A stretch of DNA of 64,000 nucleotides, taken from NCBI GenBank assembly GCA_030141605.1, contig JAQGDQ010000462.1, positions 62,001-126,000 on the forward strand, read 5' to 3'. Shown here piece by piece: positions 1-13,100 of the stretch; the stretch's first letter is position 1; every line of letters begins with the position of its first letter. Made by a program: the position numbers and the translations under genes. Below the pieces are notes generated by a model. It had not been told where the DNA came from and did not search any database. It was given only the letters and a program-made list of their open reading frames with translations. This DNA comes from Tubiluchus corallicola (lineage: Eukaryota > Animalia > Priapulida).

Positions 1-3000
1 TACCCATGCACTTTTTGTCTACACAATTGCAAAAATAATCAATTTAGTATTTTCTGTGACATCTGCAAATGTTGGACGCACTTAAAATGCACAAGCTTAA
101 CAAGAGAGCAATTTGTGACTTTATCAGAAACTTCTGATGTCTATTACTGTTTAAAATGCATTAATGAAGTTATGCCGTTTCAAAACATAGAAGACGAGGA
201 TTTGTCAATTAATTTCTCACATTTTGTTAATGTTGAAGATATCGAGCAAATAACTACTGCTTTGGAAGAATATCTTTCTCCAAATCCTAACAAAGCTGAT
301 TCTTATGATCCTGATCATCATTCGGTTAAGTTCACATGTAATTATTATAAACTTGAATCTCTAAAGAATGACATCAATCTCAATCCAGATAAAATGATTT
401 TTTGTTAGTCCATATGAATACGAATAGTTTAACCAAAAATTACTCGAGTATGCTCGATGTACTTTGTTATTTTTCACAGGCCCCTGATTTTATCGCCATC
501 AGTGAAACTCGTATAAAAGCTCATCAACCTTTTTTATGTTCTCTCCCCGGCTACACTTATATTTCGGTAACTAATGCAGGTGGTGTAGCCTTATATATTA
601 AAACTTCTATAGACTTTCAAATTAAAAGAAATTTGAAAATAGAATGTGATAAGGTGATAAATGATACCTTGCCCCCTGTGCATAGCCATATTCAGGTTGA
701 ACATCTTTTTGTAGAATTGTCAACAAAATTTTCTAGTAAAAATATTATTTTTGGGGTGATCTATCGCCACCCAAACACTCCACTCAGACATTTTCATGAA
801 GAGATGGACAATCTTCTGAATAAAATCAGCAAAACAGATAAATTGGCCTATGTGTGCGGAGATATTATTATCGACTTATTAGAGTATGACTCTAAGCAAT
901 GTGTTCAGGACTATACCAATATGCTTTTTGCCAATTACTTTACACCATTGATTACTAAGCCTACACGTTTTTCTTCTACAGCTAAAACACTTATTGACCA
1001 TATTTACACTCCCCTTCTTCCCCCATTTATGCTGGTGTAGTCCTGAACCAAGTATCAGATCACCTACCTGTTTTTACCATTTGTAAAAATTCTTACTTAT
1101 TGAAAAAACAAGCAAAAATCAGGAAACGAAAGTTGAATAATATTAATTCTGCAAGTTTTTTAAATGACCTAAATCAAGCATTTATGGAAGCAGGAGTTGA
1201 AGACAATAGCGATATAAATCAAGCATTTAACGATTTTTTTCGTCTTTCACGAATGTTCTGGATGCTCATGCACCTATAATTACATTAAGCAGGAAACAAA
1301 CAGTTACATTTCAAAAACCCTGGCTTACATCTGGCATACTTACGTCTATCAAGATACGTAGTCGAATGTTCAAGACACATAAATTATCTAATTCTCTCTA
1401 CAAGCAGCAACTTTATAGGGCCTACTCTAATAAATTAAATCATATAAAAGATTTAGCCAAAAAGAAATATTATGAATACCAGTTTCAAATTAATCAAAAC
1501 AATGTTAAAAAAACCTGGACCATTATTAATAATATAATTGGCAGAAAAAACAAACAAATGCAAATTCCTAAGAAACTAGTGTACAATGGGAATTCCTCAT
1601 CTGATCCTGGAACTATTGCTAACATGTTCAATGAATTTTTCCAATCTGTGGGTAATAAAATGGCAGCTAATATCCCGCTTAATCCTAATGATTTTAGAAC
1701 ATACCTTTCGAATCCAAATTGCAACACCTTCTTTTTAAATCCAGTAGTAGGAATTGAAATAAAAACACTTATTAATAATCTCAGTGATTCAAAAGCAAAT
1801 GGACCTGAAGACATTCCAATAAGAATCTATAAATTGACAAAAGACGTTATTACACCGATACTAGTTACTTTAATTAATAAGTCTTTCACAGTAGGCATAT
1901 TTCCCGAAATTTTGAAAATTTCCAAAATCATTCCTATTTATAAAGCAAGCTCGCCAGATAATCCATCAAACTACCGACCAATTTCATTATTATCTCCTAT
2001 TTCACTACTTTTTGAAAACATTCTTTACAAAAGGTTAATTTTGTTTCTAAACAACTCTAACGTCATAACAAAATACCAGTTTGGTTTTCGGAAAAACCAT
2101 TCGACGGCACTTGCTACAGCCGAAATAATTGATAATCTCCTATTTAATCTTGATAATAATAGAATAACCTGTGGCATCTTTCTCGACTTATCTAAAGCTT
2201 TTGATTGTGTACAACATGACATTCTTTTGACCAAGATACAGCACTATGGCATTAGAGGCACCCCTTTTAATTTAATGAAATCGTATCTCAGTAACAGACA
2301 ACAATTTACAATGGTAGGCAATGCTAAATCCACTCTTCTTAATGTCACGACAGGCGTACCACAAGGTTCTACACTGGGCCCCTTATTCTTTTTACTCTAT
2401 ATCAACGACCTCCCACAAGCAACTAATTTCACTGCACGTCTTTTCGCCGATGATACAAACCTTTTTTTAACTGGTCGTGAATTGCACTCACTTCAAACTC
2501 AAGTTAATCTTGAATTAAAAAAGGTTGATACCTGGATGCAGACTAATAAGTTGTGGGTTAACTACACGAAGACCAAATATATGCTGATTGCAAAAAACAA
2601 ACAGATACGCATAACAATTTTACAGTAGAAATAAATGATAGGACAATCACACAAACTCACTACATAAAGTACTCAGGACTTCATATTGACAATAAACTCA
2701 CATGGAAGACGCACATACAAACCATTAATCAGAAAATTAGCAAAACATCTGGTATCTTTTTCAAACTCAATTTTCTGAGTACCTACATTCTGAAAATTCT
2801 CTATTATTCCCTTATCTATCCATATCTCTATTATTGTATATTATCCTGGGGAACTGCCAGTGTCTCTTCACTCAAACCTTTGATAGTCGCACAAAATAAA
2901 ATTATCAAATGCATCACACGAGTAAAAAAGTTTGACCATGTCACACCATCTTATGTGCAGTTAAATTTACTCAAACTTAAAGATATTTACCAATTAGAAC

Positions 3001-4047
3001 TTTTCAAATTCATGCATAAATACAGTTTTGGTACCTTGCCCGAACTATTTAAAAACTATTTGACCAGAATTGTAGAAATACATCACTATTCAACACGTGC
3101 TGCTGCTAGAGGAGATTTTTGTCAGGACAGATACTTCACTTCTTTTGGGCTAAGCACCTTAAAATATAACGGCACAGTGCTGAGGAATAAACTTCCAAGA
3201 GAATTCACTAGCAATTCCTTCTTTAGATCAGCTACTCGAAAATTTCGTTTACACTTACTTTCGCATTACTGTTCTTCATAAACTTACAGATATTTTTTCT
3301 ATTTTGATAATTTGCAGCATACACAAATATGTGAAAATAGTGCTTTATGATAGGATAAATCTGTCAAAAGTTTATTATCTAGGAAAATATCATATTCGTG
3401 TATTTATTCGGATACGACTGCATGAATTGCAATCACAAATTAGTCAGCAGTATCAATTTTCGGTATATTACTCAAACTTAGCTGATCTTATTTATTTTGC
3501 TTTTGTTTTGTTTATTAATCAGACACATTTGTTATTATTTTAATGCATGCATTTTGCAGTTAGTTAATGCATTTATTTTGCTTTTGTTTTGTTTATTAAT
3601 CAGACACATTTGTTATTATTTTAATGCATGCATTTTGCAGTTAGTTAATGCATTTATTTTGCTTTTGTTTTGTTTATTAATCAGACACATTTGTTATTAT
3701 TTTAATGCATGCATTTTGCAGTTAGGTTCAGTTCACTATTTTGAAAGTTTATTTAAATTTCTGTTTGGCTAGCTTACTTTTCACTTCATTTAATTTGTTT
3801 TTTATTATGTTCATTTAATATTATTGTTATTATTTTGCATGTTTTTCTCATTCTGAGTTATATATCTTATTTTGATAGCTTCAGTGTCATCTCACTAATT
3901 ACATACATCTATTGAAGGGTGGCTTGACTAGTTGACCTTCTTGGTCTTTTGCCATCCTATTTCCATTGTGATAATTAAACACATTTACTTGCTCAATTAT
4001 ATAATGAATATGGAAATAAAATGCACGTTTGAATTTGAATTTGAATT
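1..4047 (+). mobile_element. CR1/L2-group LINE (PHD, APE endonuclease, RT), frameshifted, intronic and antisense to the host gene
   Basis: PHD finger CTFC..CDICKCWTHLKC..YYCLKC; APE motifs ISET, GVIYRHP, TLIDHI; RT motifs [25 protein letters not shown]; AATAAA then (TTTGAA)n tail at 4015-4047. Confidence 0.92.
3491..3723. repeat. 81-bp tandem repeat, about 3 copies, in the LINE 3' UTR
   Basis: Unit starts recur at 3492, 3573 and 3654. Confidence 0.9.
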
Positions 4048-4106
4048 AAGTTTGATAATAATTAAAAAAATGAAGATATACCACTGCAAAAATCCAAAAT
4101 TCGTAC

Positions 4107-4164
4107 CTTTTCATCCAAGTTTGCCATCGATTCTGGATCAATTTTTTCTAATGAGTCTTTTAGC
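4107..4164 (-). CDS. Exon 38 (cytoplasmic loop, tentative)
   Basis: ttttccag acceptor, GTACGA donor, phase-compatible [19 protein letters not shown]; no diagnostic motif. Confidence 0.55.
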
Positions 4165-7100
4165 CTGGAAAATATTGTGCAAAACTAAATCATAGTTTTT
4201 ACTGCTAGTAAAACAGATCAAGCACGCATACATAGGAATGAACTCAACTTGAAAATAGTTTTCAACAACAACAAACAATGGCGAAAACATTATTTTGACA
4301 ATCATAAGAAGAACAGCCTAATTTTAATTTTGCTGCAATGGTGGCATTGGTAATGGCGGCAGTTATCATTGTCGTGATGTGTGTCATGAACTGATTCACG
4401 AGTTTGCTTGATGAACTTTATAAACTTTAGGAACATTACAACTTCAGAGTAAGTTAGACTACAGTGAATCATTTTCTAAACTAAATGGTTTCTGATATTC
4501 ATTGCCCGAGGTTAACCAGCTTTAACTGATTTGTCCTTTTTGAAACTAGTTTGAATCTAGTTGTCACAACATAGTGTACAGGAAAGATGGTCAATAATAA
4601 AGTGTCTGTGCCACAAAATGAATTTGGTTTATGTAGCTACATGTATTAACAAAAGCCTCTTTTACAATGTGGGAAGAGGATGTAAGTGCCAGAACACAGA
4701 AAATTATAGACAGAAACCTAAATAGCTTTGCTCGGTACTGTTACGTTATGACGTCATGTTCACGTGACTCCGTAGCTTCATTCTCTTCTGTTCTTGCTGT
4801 TATGTGTTAACATTAATTTTATCTTGTCTCTCATTGAAACAAGGATTTAGAAGTTTATACGAAGTACACACATCAGACTACCTAGTTTGTTACCTGCATT
4901 CATACAAATCGGAAAAGTACACCTCAGTTGGAAGAGTAAAATTTTTGCATACACTTCCAAACTTAATAAATTGCTTACTCTTCAGGCTCCTTTGGACGAC
5001 CAACAGTAGGTAAAAGAACAGTCTCCTCGTCACCTTTTGACATCCGAAATATCTGAATGATCAATATATTTATGGGTAGAACTATTAAACTGCTTTCAAT
5101 ACCTAAAAACAAAATAAAATGATTCTGCAGATTCACGAATTAACTTTGCAGAATGAAATGATGAGAAAGGCATATTGTCTTTTTCTCTTTCTCCTCCCCC
5201 CTTCTCTCTCTCTCTCTCTCTCTCTCTCGCACATAATTTCCATATAATAGTCTGTTTTGTGCCACAACTCATCTGCAAACAATAGTAAATAGTTACTATC
5301 CTTGTTTTATAAACCTAAACATCATTTCGTCACACATTTATGCTCTATCAATTTTCTTAAAGGGGAAGAACAAACTATTTTAAAGGACTTCCCAAGGAAC
5401 TTTCCACATAAATTTACATTATTTTGCACTATAGCCTGCTCACCTGATAGAAGTTCTGACTATTCATGCCACTTGGTAAAACGACACTGCATTACCATCC
5501 CAGTGTGCATCAGTGGTTCATCAAAACACACATTATTGATGTTGATGTAATTTAAAAGCACGTTACAAATTCTCTGATTATTTTTTCTAATTTAGCGCAA
5601 TATCTAAACTTGATTCAAATGACTTGCTACAACTAACAGTTTTCATTGGAATTCAAATTTACAAGTTTTACATAGTGTTACTGGCAAGCTCTGTATGCAT
5701 TAAGACAGCATGTAAGTGATTCAAAATTTCAAGCTTTACGAAGAGTGATTTCTTGTGATTAAAGGAAAACCGGACGATTGTGTAAACATTAATTAAGAGT
5801 AAACAATGCTCTAAAAGATTGAAATCTACAATAGCTTTTTTTAAATCAAAGCTTAGATTAAATAATAATTAGCTCGGATAAACAAATTTTCTTAAACTTT
5901 CAAAGCTAAGCCTGGCTCAGTGAATCTGCTAAGATTGGCAATGGCGCCTTTTTGTCACATTCCATGGCCGACAACTATCAAGAACTGCAGTGCTAGTTTC
6001 AGATGGTATATGACATAGAGCCCATTTTCGTGATATCATGCGTTCAAGCAGCACTGTAACACTTACGCAAACATGCTTGATGCTCAAATAACATTGTTTT
6101 TTGGCATGAGCAGTAGATATGTTCCGTTGGCTTTAATTAACTTTCAACACAAGATATTCATTATAAGAAAAATTGCTAACTTTTATAGGCCAAACAATTT
6201 ACATATTGGACAGGAAATTAAAATGAGGTTGAGTATAATCAACTGTGCAGTTTTCGTTTAATTGTGAATACAGATCTCTGTTGTTTAAAAATGAAAACGC
6301 AACTCACCGATAATGAGCGACTGCCATGATATCCTCATGCTTCCTATGACAAGCTGCTCTTTCGGATCTATTGGAATACCATAAAACATGATGTTTGCTA
6401 ACATGCCCGTCAACAGCAGCGATAAAACACAAGTTAGTCTCTAGCAAGAAAGAAAAATTTCCAGACTTTATAATTTAGTTAACAAAGTTAGTTAACAAAA
6501 ACTGCAATTTAAAAAACATGTTGCAAACTTAACTGTGATATCTATTGCGGTTAACAAACTAATTTTCTTTATTAGTTAAAGAGAACCATCAATAGCAATC
6601 TCGTCGACATTAACTCGGGTAACTTCCATCTCTTTCAACTGTGTCCTCAAAGTCACAAATTCGAATCGATTTTAAACTGTGTTGTGGTAGACCACATGTC
6701 TACCCATACTTCTGCCTGTATGACTTGTGCAAATGACATTTTATACGATACCACAATTCACTTATAATTATTATTAATGTTATTGTTACTATATTGTTAC
6801 ATTTTGCTATTTAGACGAGAATATACGATCCGTAGCGATGACACGTTACTTGTAAAAAGTAATAAGCAATGTTATAAAAAGACAAATATTTTCATTGAAA
6901 ACCAATGGTCATTCAGAGGAACGGTCAATACAACAGGATCATTTCACTGACCTGGACTCTAGTGAAGTTACTTTGTGCTGGCCTACAGAATATGCTTGCC
7001 CATAAGTGACTATCTCTGAATCCTACAGCAGCTTTTGATGCAAATACATGTGTAAACCCCTAAACCAGAAAAATATATTAATAATTAAAAATAATTAAGG

Positions 7101-10100
7101 CTTTAGTTATCCATGGACAGTGTTACTTATTGTTTTATTGACCTGCCAACCATTTGATTTAAAAAAATAGCATGAAATGTAAACTGATTAAAAAATGTTT
7201 GCTTTTTTGGGTATCAAAATCTAATTCTAAAAACATTAGGGGAAGAAATAACTACAAATCAAGCTTTCTTGCAGTTATTGTAGTCGCTTTGCTTTATAAT
7301 GTAAATAACGAAGTTATACTTTTATAATATTCTTTTATAATGCAGAAAAAGTTCAATAACAAAACTGTATTATTGTAGTATTGTATTAATAAAACCCCTT
7401 CAAGGCTGTAAGATTTTGTTGTATTTTGCATCAGGTCACGAAAAACTGTACTTATTAAGCAATGATTACATTATATTTGATTATTTTTGTACGTTTCTGC
7501 TGCTCAAGCAAAAGGCTTTCATACAAAATTGTATATTAAGGACATTTATTTGCCTTAAACAAATTATAAAAAAATTGGCGAAAAAATTGAGAAACGCATT
7601 TCAGTAACTGCAACATTTGCACTGTAACAATGTACAGTATCACTTTTGTGAAATCGACCAATTCAAATAATTTAAACTATCCAGACACAACACACTGGTA
7701 AACTTTGACCTGTGTTCTATTTTGCTTCAAGGAGAAATTCTGGTTAAAAGATGAAACAACCTTAACCTGACTTTGCTTTTTCATTGAACTCTGTTGAGCA
7801 GTCATTTCTTGTGATGAATAAAATAGTGTGTACGATCACGCAAATGTACAAAAAACTAAATTAACTAACAAGTTGGAGTGTTTGAAGAAACGATCATAAG
7901 AAATGATGTAACCCCAAAGCTAATTAAGATGCAGATACATACAAAGTAGTTTAGAATAAATCTGCCATAACTTGGCTACATTAAGAATAAATCTGCCATA
8001 ACATAGTTACATTAAGATTAAAACTGCCATAACTTGGCTACATTAAGAATAAATCTGCCATAACATAGTTACACTACTTATGATAAAATGCATTGCAAAG
8101 TAGCAGTGGACTGGCCAATGTGATCAACACAGACAAAATTAGTGGTAAATAAATCTGAACGCTTACCACAAGCTTCTGCATTTTTGCTGGTCCCAGTGTA
8201 CAATAAATTGTTTGTGGACCTTGATGCACTGCCAACCAATTATTATACAGAAAACACCAAACTTGATTTGTTTGTAAATCTCTTACAACAATCTGATTAA
8301 GATACCTAAAAAGAGAAACTTTTACATATAGCGTGCAGTAGTAACGAAATGTAATAAATGTAGTAACTTGTGCAGCCTCAATAATTAGTTTAGGATAACA
8401 AATAACTCTGTAATATGTAACTATAGTTTGGGACAACAAATAACTCTGTAATATGTAACTATAGTTTAGGACAACAAATAACTCTGTAATATGTAACTAT
8501 AGTTTAGGATAACAAATAACTCTGTAATATGTAACTATAGTTTAGGACAACAAATAACTCTGTAATATGTAACTATAGTTTAGGACAACAAATAACTCTG
8601 TAATATGTAACTATAGTTTAGGATAACAAATAACTCTGTAATATGTAACTATAGTTTAGGATAACAAATAACTCTGTAATATGTAACTATAGTTTGGGAC
8701 AACAAATAACTCTGTAATATGTAACTATAGTTTAGGACAACAAATAACTCTGTAATATGTAACTATAGTTTAGGACAACAAATAACTCTGTAATATGTAA
8801 CTATAGTTTAGGATAACAAATAACTCTGTAATATGTAACTATAGTTTGGGACAACAAATAACTCTGTAATATGTAACTATAGTTTAGGATAACAAATAAC
8901 TCTGTAATATGTAACTATAGTTTAGGACAACAAATAACTCTGTAATATGTAACTATAGTTTAGGATAACAAATAACTCTGTAATATGTAACTATAGTTTG
9001 GGACAACAAATAACTCTGTAATATGTAACTATAGTTTGGGACAACAAATAACTCTGTAATATGTAACTATAGTTTGGGACAACAAATAACTCTGTAATAT
9101 GTAACTATAGTTTAGGACAACAAATAACTCTGTAATATGTAACTATAGTTTGGGACAACAAATAACTCTGTAATATGTAACTATAGTTTAGGACAACAAA
9201 TAACTCTGTAATATGTAACTATAGTTTGGGACAACAAATAACTCTGTAATATGTAACTATAGTTTGGGACAACAAATAACTCTGTAATATGTAACTAGAT
9301 GAGCCAATGAAACTGTTTGAAAATGAAAAGACATTAGAAATCTTGGACAGCACTATCTTGCAGCAAAATGCTCCGATAACTAAAATATAGTTAAATAAGT
9401 GAATTTTTTAGGTAATTTATAATTGGCCCGATTTTTAGTTACATAATCTGTGAATAACTAAAGCCGGTGAGAAATTGCTAATCAATTAAAATAACATGTG
9501 CATGTACTGTGCCACCAATTCTGCATAATCATGCATTAATAAGATGAAGTAAAACTATTTTTATTACCATTTTGGACTTTCTCCTGTGTTATCATGCCAC
9601 AATTCGATGCTTGAAAGTTCACCAAGTGAGTTCTCAGTTGTCATCACAAACCAATCTTCCGACCCAGCTTCTAATATTGGTCTGTTTTTATCACACAGTT
9701 TAGTAGGTAAACTGTATCCACTTAAACCTGAATGTGTGAACAAATGGGTTGCACAATGCAGAAGTATTGAATACCAATATGTAAAATTGTAACCAATTTA
9801 GAAAATTAGAAATCAAGATTCCTTGTGCAAGACACTTTTATACCATCAAGGTACTCCTACAATTAAAACTGCATTAATATACAATTCATGCTGTATGCAT
9901 AGTCTTCTTTATGTAGCCTTCTAGCAGCATAGTCATGGCTTTTGAGAAACTTCCATTTTGTAAAATGAACAAATGGTACAGAACTCACAATGTGCGTACA
10001 TAAAATAAAAAACGAGAGGAAGAGGCAGAGAATGCAAGCAGGAGGACAGTAAGGATAACGGGCAGGTAAAGGGATAATAAAGGTTTTATATCCTAGACTC

Positions 10101-13100
10101 ACACTGTACATTGGTAATCTCTTATAATCTCCTATAATCTCTCATATCACAACACATGCCTATCATTGATTAGCGTAAGGAATATCAGCAGGTATCTTGT
10201 TGGTCACACGACTGCTCATCTGTGCATATTTATTTTCACCTGGGCAAGCTGGCTGGTTTGTCGACATGAACGGGGTTCGCTATGTTAGTAACGATAAAAG
10301 TAGTTTTAACGATGCAGATCATTTGTGTAATTGCTAAATGCTTACCTTCTATAGCAATGGTAACATTAGATGTTGTCCCAGCACCTTTTCTCATTCCAGT
10401 GTAAACGATGATAAGATAAGCATATTTATCAAAAGGATCATTGTCTTCTAAAATTGTAACACCAACCTGTCAACAATTCCGAGGTAACACTTTCTGTAGT
10501 TTGTTATAATAAGTTTTCTGCATTTTGTTAAAATAAGTCAGTGTTATACACTTATGTGTAATAGTGATCACAAACATTGGAACGGCGAGAGAACCTACTG
10601 CAAAATTAAAAGTTTATATTGCCTCAAAGTGAAGTTTTGACCTAGGAGAACGTTTTAGCACAGACAACGTTGCAAGAAAGCCAGCAATATAAAGAGTTAA
10701 TTCCATAGAGAATTGCATAAACTTGTTTCACATTGCTGAAGCAATAGCTACTTTGAATCAAATGCAGTTGCAGTTCAGAGAACAGTTTAAGCTTAAAACA
10801 AACATCTAAACTTGTGAAAACACTTTTAAGTTTATACAACATCACACAAGAAAAAGGTACAACAAATTATATGATGGCTGGAACACCCGATTGATTGTTA
10901 TTAAAGTGAAGACCAAGCCTGCTGGCACAACGATTAAAATGGTTATCGGTTAAAAAAAGCAACACACCATTCACTGCCTTCAAATGTGTAATAAGTTTTT
11001 GCAAAAAAATAAGATAGCTAATTTTGCGATATTTTTGCATAAATATTAAGTAAGCTGCAGAAATTTGAATTAGTTTAAGAAGAGAACTCTTACGGAAAGC
11101 CACAACGTTTTCAAAACGTCACTCAGTCCACCAGTTACCAACAGTTAAACTCATGATTTTTAAGTAAATGGCAGCTACCACTGCACCTAAAAATTTCAAC
11201 ACAGCAGTGGAATTAATTAACTTGATGCTTTATAAACAGTTTTGCAAAATTCTTTGTTATATTTTTATAAGTTTAATTGATAAAATAATAATAAACACTA
11301 ATAAAATACTAATAATAAAAAACAATAAAATAAACACTAAATGCTAAATGAGTTAGGTAATTAATTACATTCAGTGTTGCAGAAGACAGGGCAATAGAAA
11401 TATACTTATTTCGTATATTGGATTTTACAAAGCCAAGTTATATGTTTGCAAAACCGAGTTATACAAATTTAACGTTATTTATAGGTCATAATGATATCAT
11501 AATGCATAAGTCCGAGTTTTTAAAGAAAGTTATAATTGTAGTTCAACGCTTTCAACTTGTTGATCACCAGAGTGTTTTTCATAGTTTTTCATCCTTGTTT
11601 AGCACTTAAAGTTGTAGCATAATCACTTACTAAATGTCTTAATTCTTAACTTCATTTCATCGTTTCCGCATATTTCAGTATATCACGATATCTGTATTAC
11701 CAGGTCTCATTTGAAAACATCCTATATTATATTCAAGTTGAACAAACTCACACACTAATGCATCAACAATGTTAAGGCTCAAATCCAGGCTTCAAACCTG
11801 GAAAAAGCGGAAATGAAATTACAAACCCTTAAAGCATCTCTCCGGTCATTCCTCCTGGCATACAGAAGCATTATCAGGTAAAGCAACCAGATTAATAACA
11901 CAAACAGGACAACTACTGGGTTATCAAAAAACTCCAAGAAGAGAATGATGTCTTCGAATGGATGAACATAATTCGGCTTTACGACATACTTCCCAGAAAA
12001 TGCGGTCATGTGATAACACTTGCAATGAATCTGTGTCATTGTTGCTCTTGGACCCACCTGAACAGATTACAAACAATCAACATTAAAACACAATCAAGCA
12101 AAAACAATTAAGACTTGATACTGCATTATGATGTTATAGAATTCAGGTCAATTGTTTCCAAAAAATGTACAGAGACTTTTAGTAACGTGTTTTATGTGCA
12201 GTCTTGCAGCAGCACCTGCTCCTCTCAAATACAATGGCAACTGTTACAGTAAAATTGTAATAATAGGTCCAGAACCTCACTTGCTTTCAATGCTTATCCT
12301 CTAAGAAGAAACTCACTACTGAAGGACGTGTCTTGGGCACTTCGCCATGCTAGATGCTCTCATACAGGTAAAAAGCCAGAATCAGTAGATATAGATAAAA
12401 TTTTATCAATAGATAAAAGTTACTATCGAACCCAAGCAATCTTGACGAAAGAGCGTAGACTAGATATTGCTTAGCTTTGTTACATTCAGCAATGTAAATG
12501 TGAAATGTATGCTGACAGAAAGTTAACATAGCAAAAATTAAACGACCACATGTGATAACTAATTTGAAGGTATGAAAGACTTTCTGCATTTCTGCTGGAA
12601 AAACAGCAGGTAAACGAATCGCTTCGTTAAGTCATGTTTCAGTAACAAGAACAATTAAAGGCATCACTGGCACATTGTGATGTATATAATGGTCAAAACA
12701 AGCAACTTTGTTTTTAATATGCCTGATATTGATTAACAAACAAAAAAATTCTGGTGAAGAATCCATTATTTTCGCAATACCAGGATTGATATTATTAGTA
12801 ACTTTGTTTGAAAAAGAAAAATTATTACTGTATGAAAAATACACGGTATGAAATTTTCTGAAACTGTATATTACTGTATGAAACTATATATTACTGTATG
12901 AAACTGTATATTACTGTATGAAACTATATATTACTGTATGAAACTATATATTATTGTATGAAACTGTATATTACTGTATGAAACTGTATATTACTGTATG
13001 AAACTATATATTACTGTATGAAACTGTATATTACTGTATGAAACTATATATTACTGTATGAAACTATATATTACTGTATGAAACTATATATTATTGTATG

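Noticed and set aside
4745-4922. Two possible small extra exons between exons 37 and 38
   Set aside because: They can be chained in phase but need a weak GAG acceptor and a 56-nt intron; unresolved without transcripts.
8385-9297. CRISPR-like regular 38-bp array
   Set aside because: Units are head-to-tail with no unique spacers, there are no cas genes, and the context is a eukaryotic intron.
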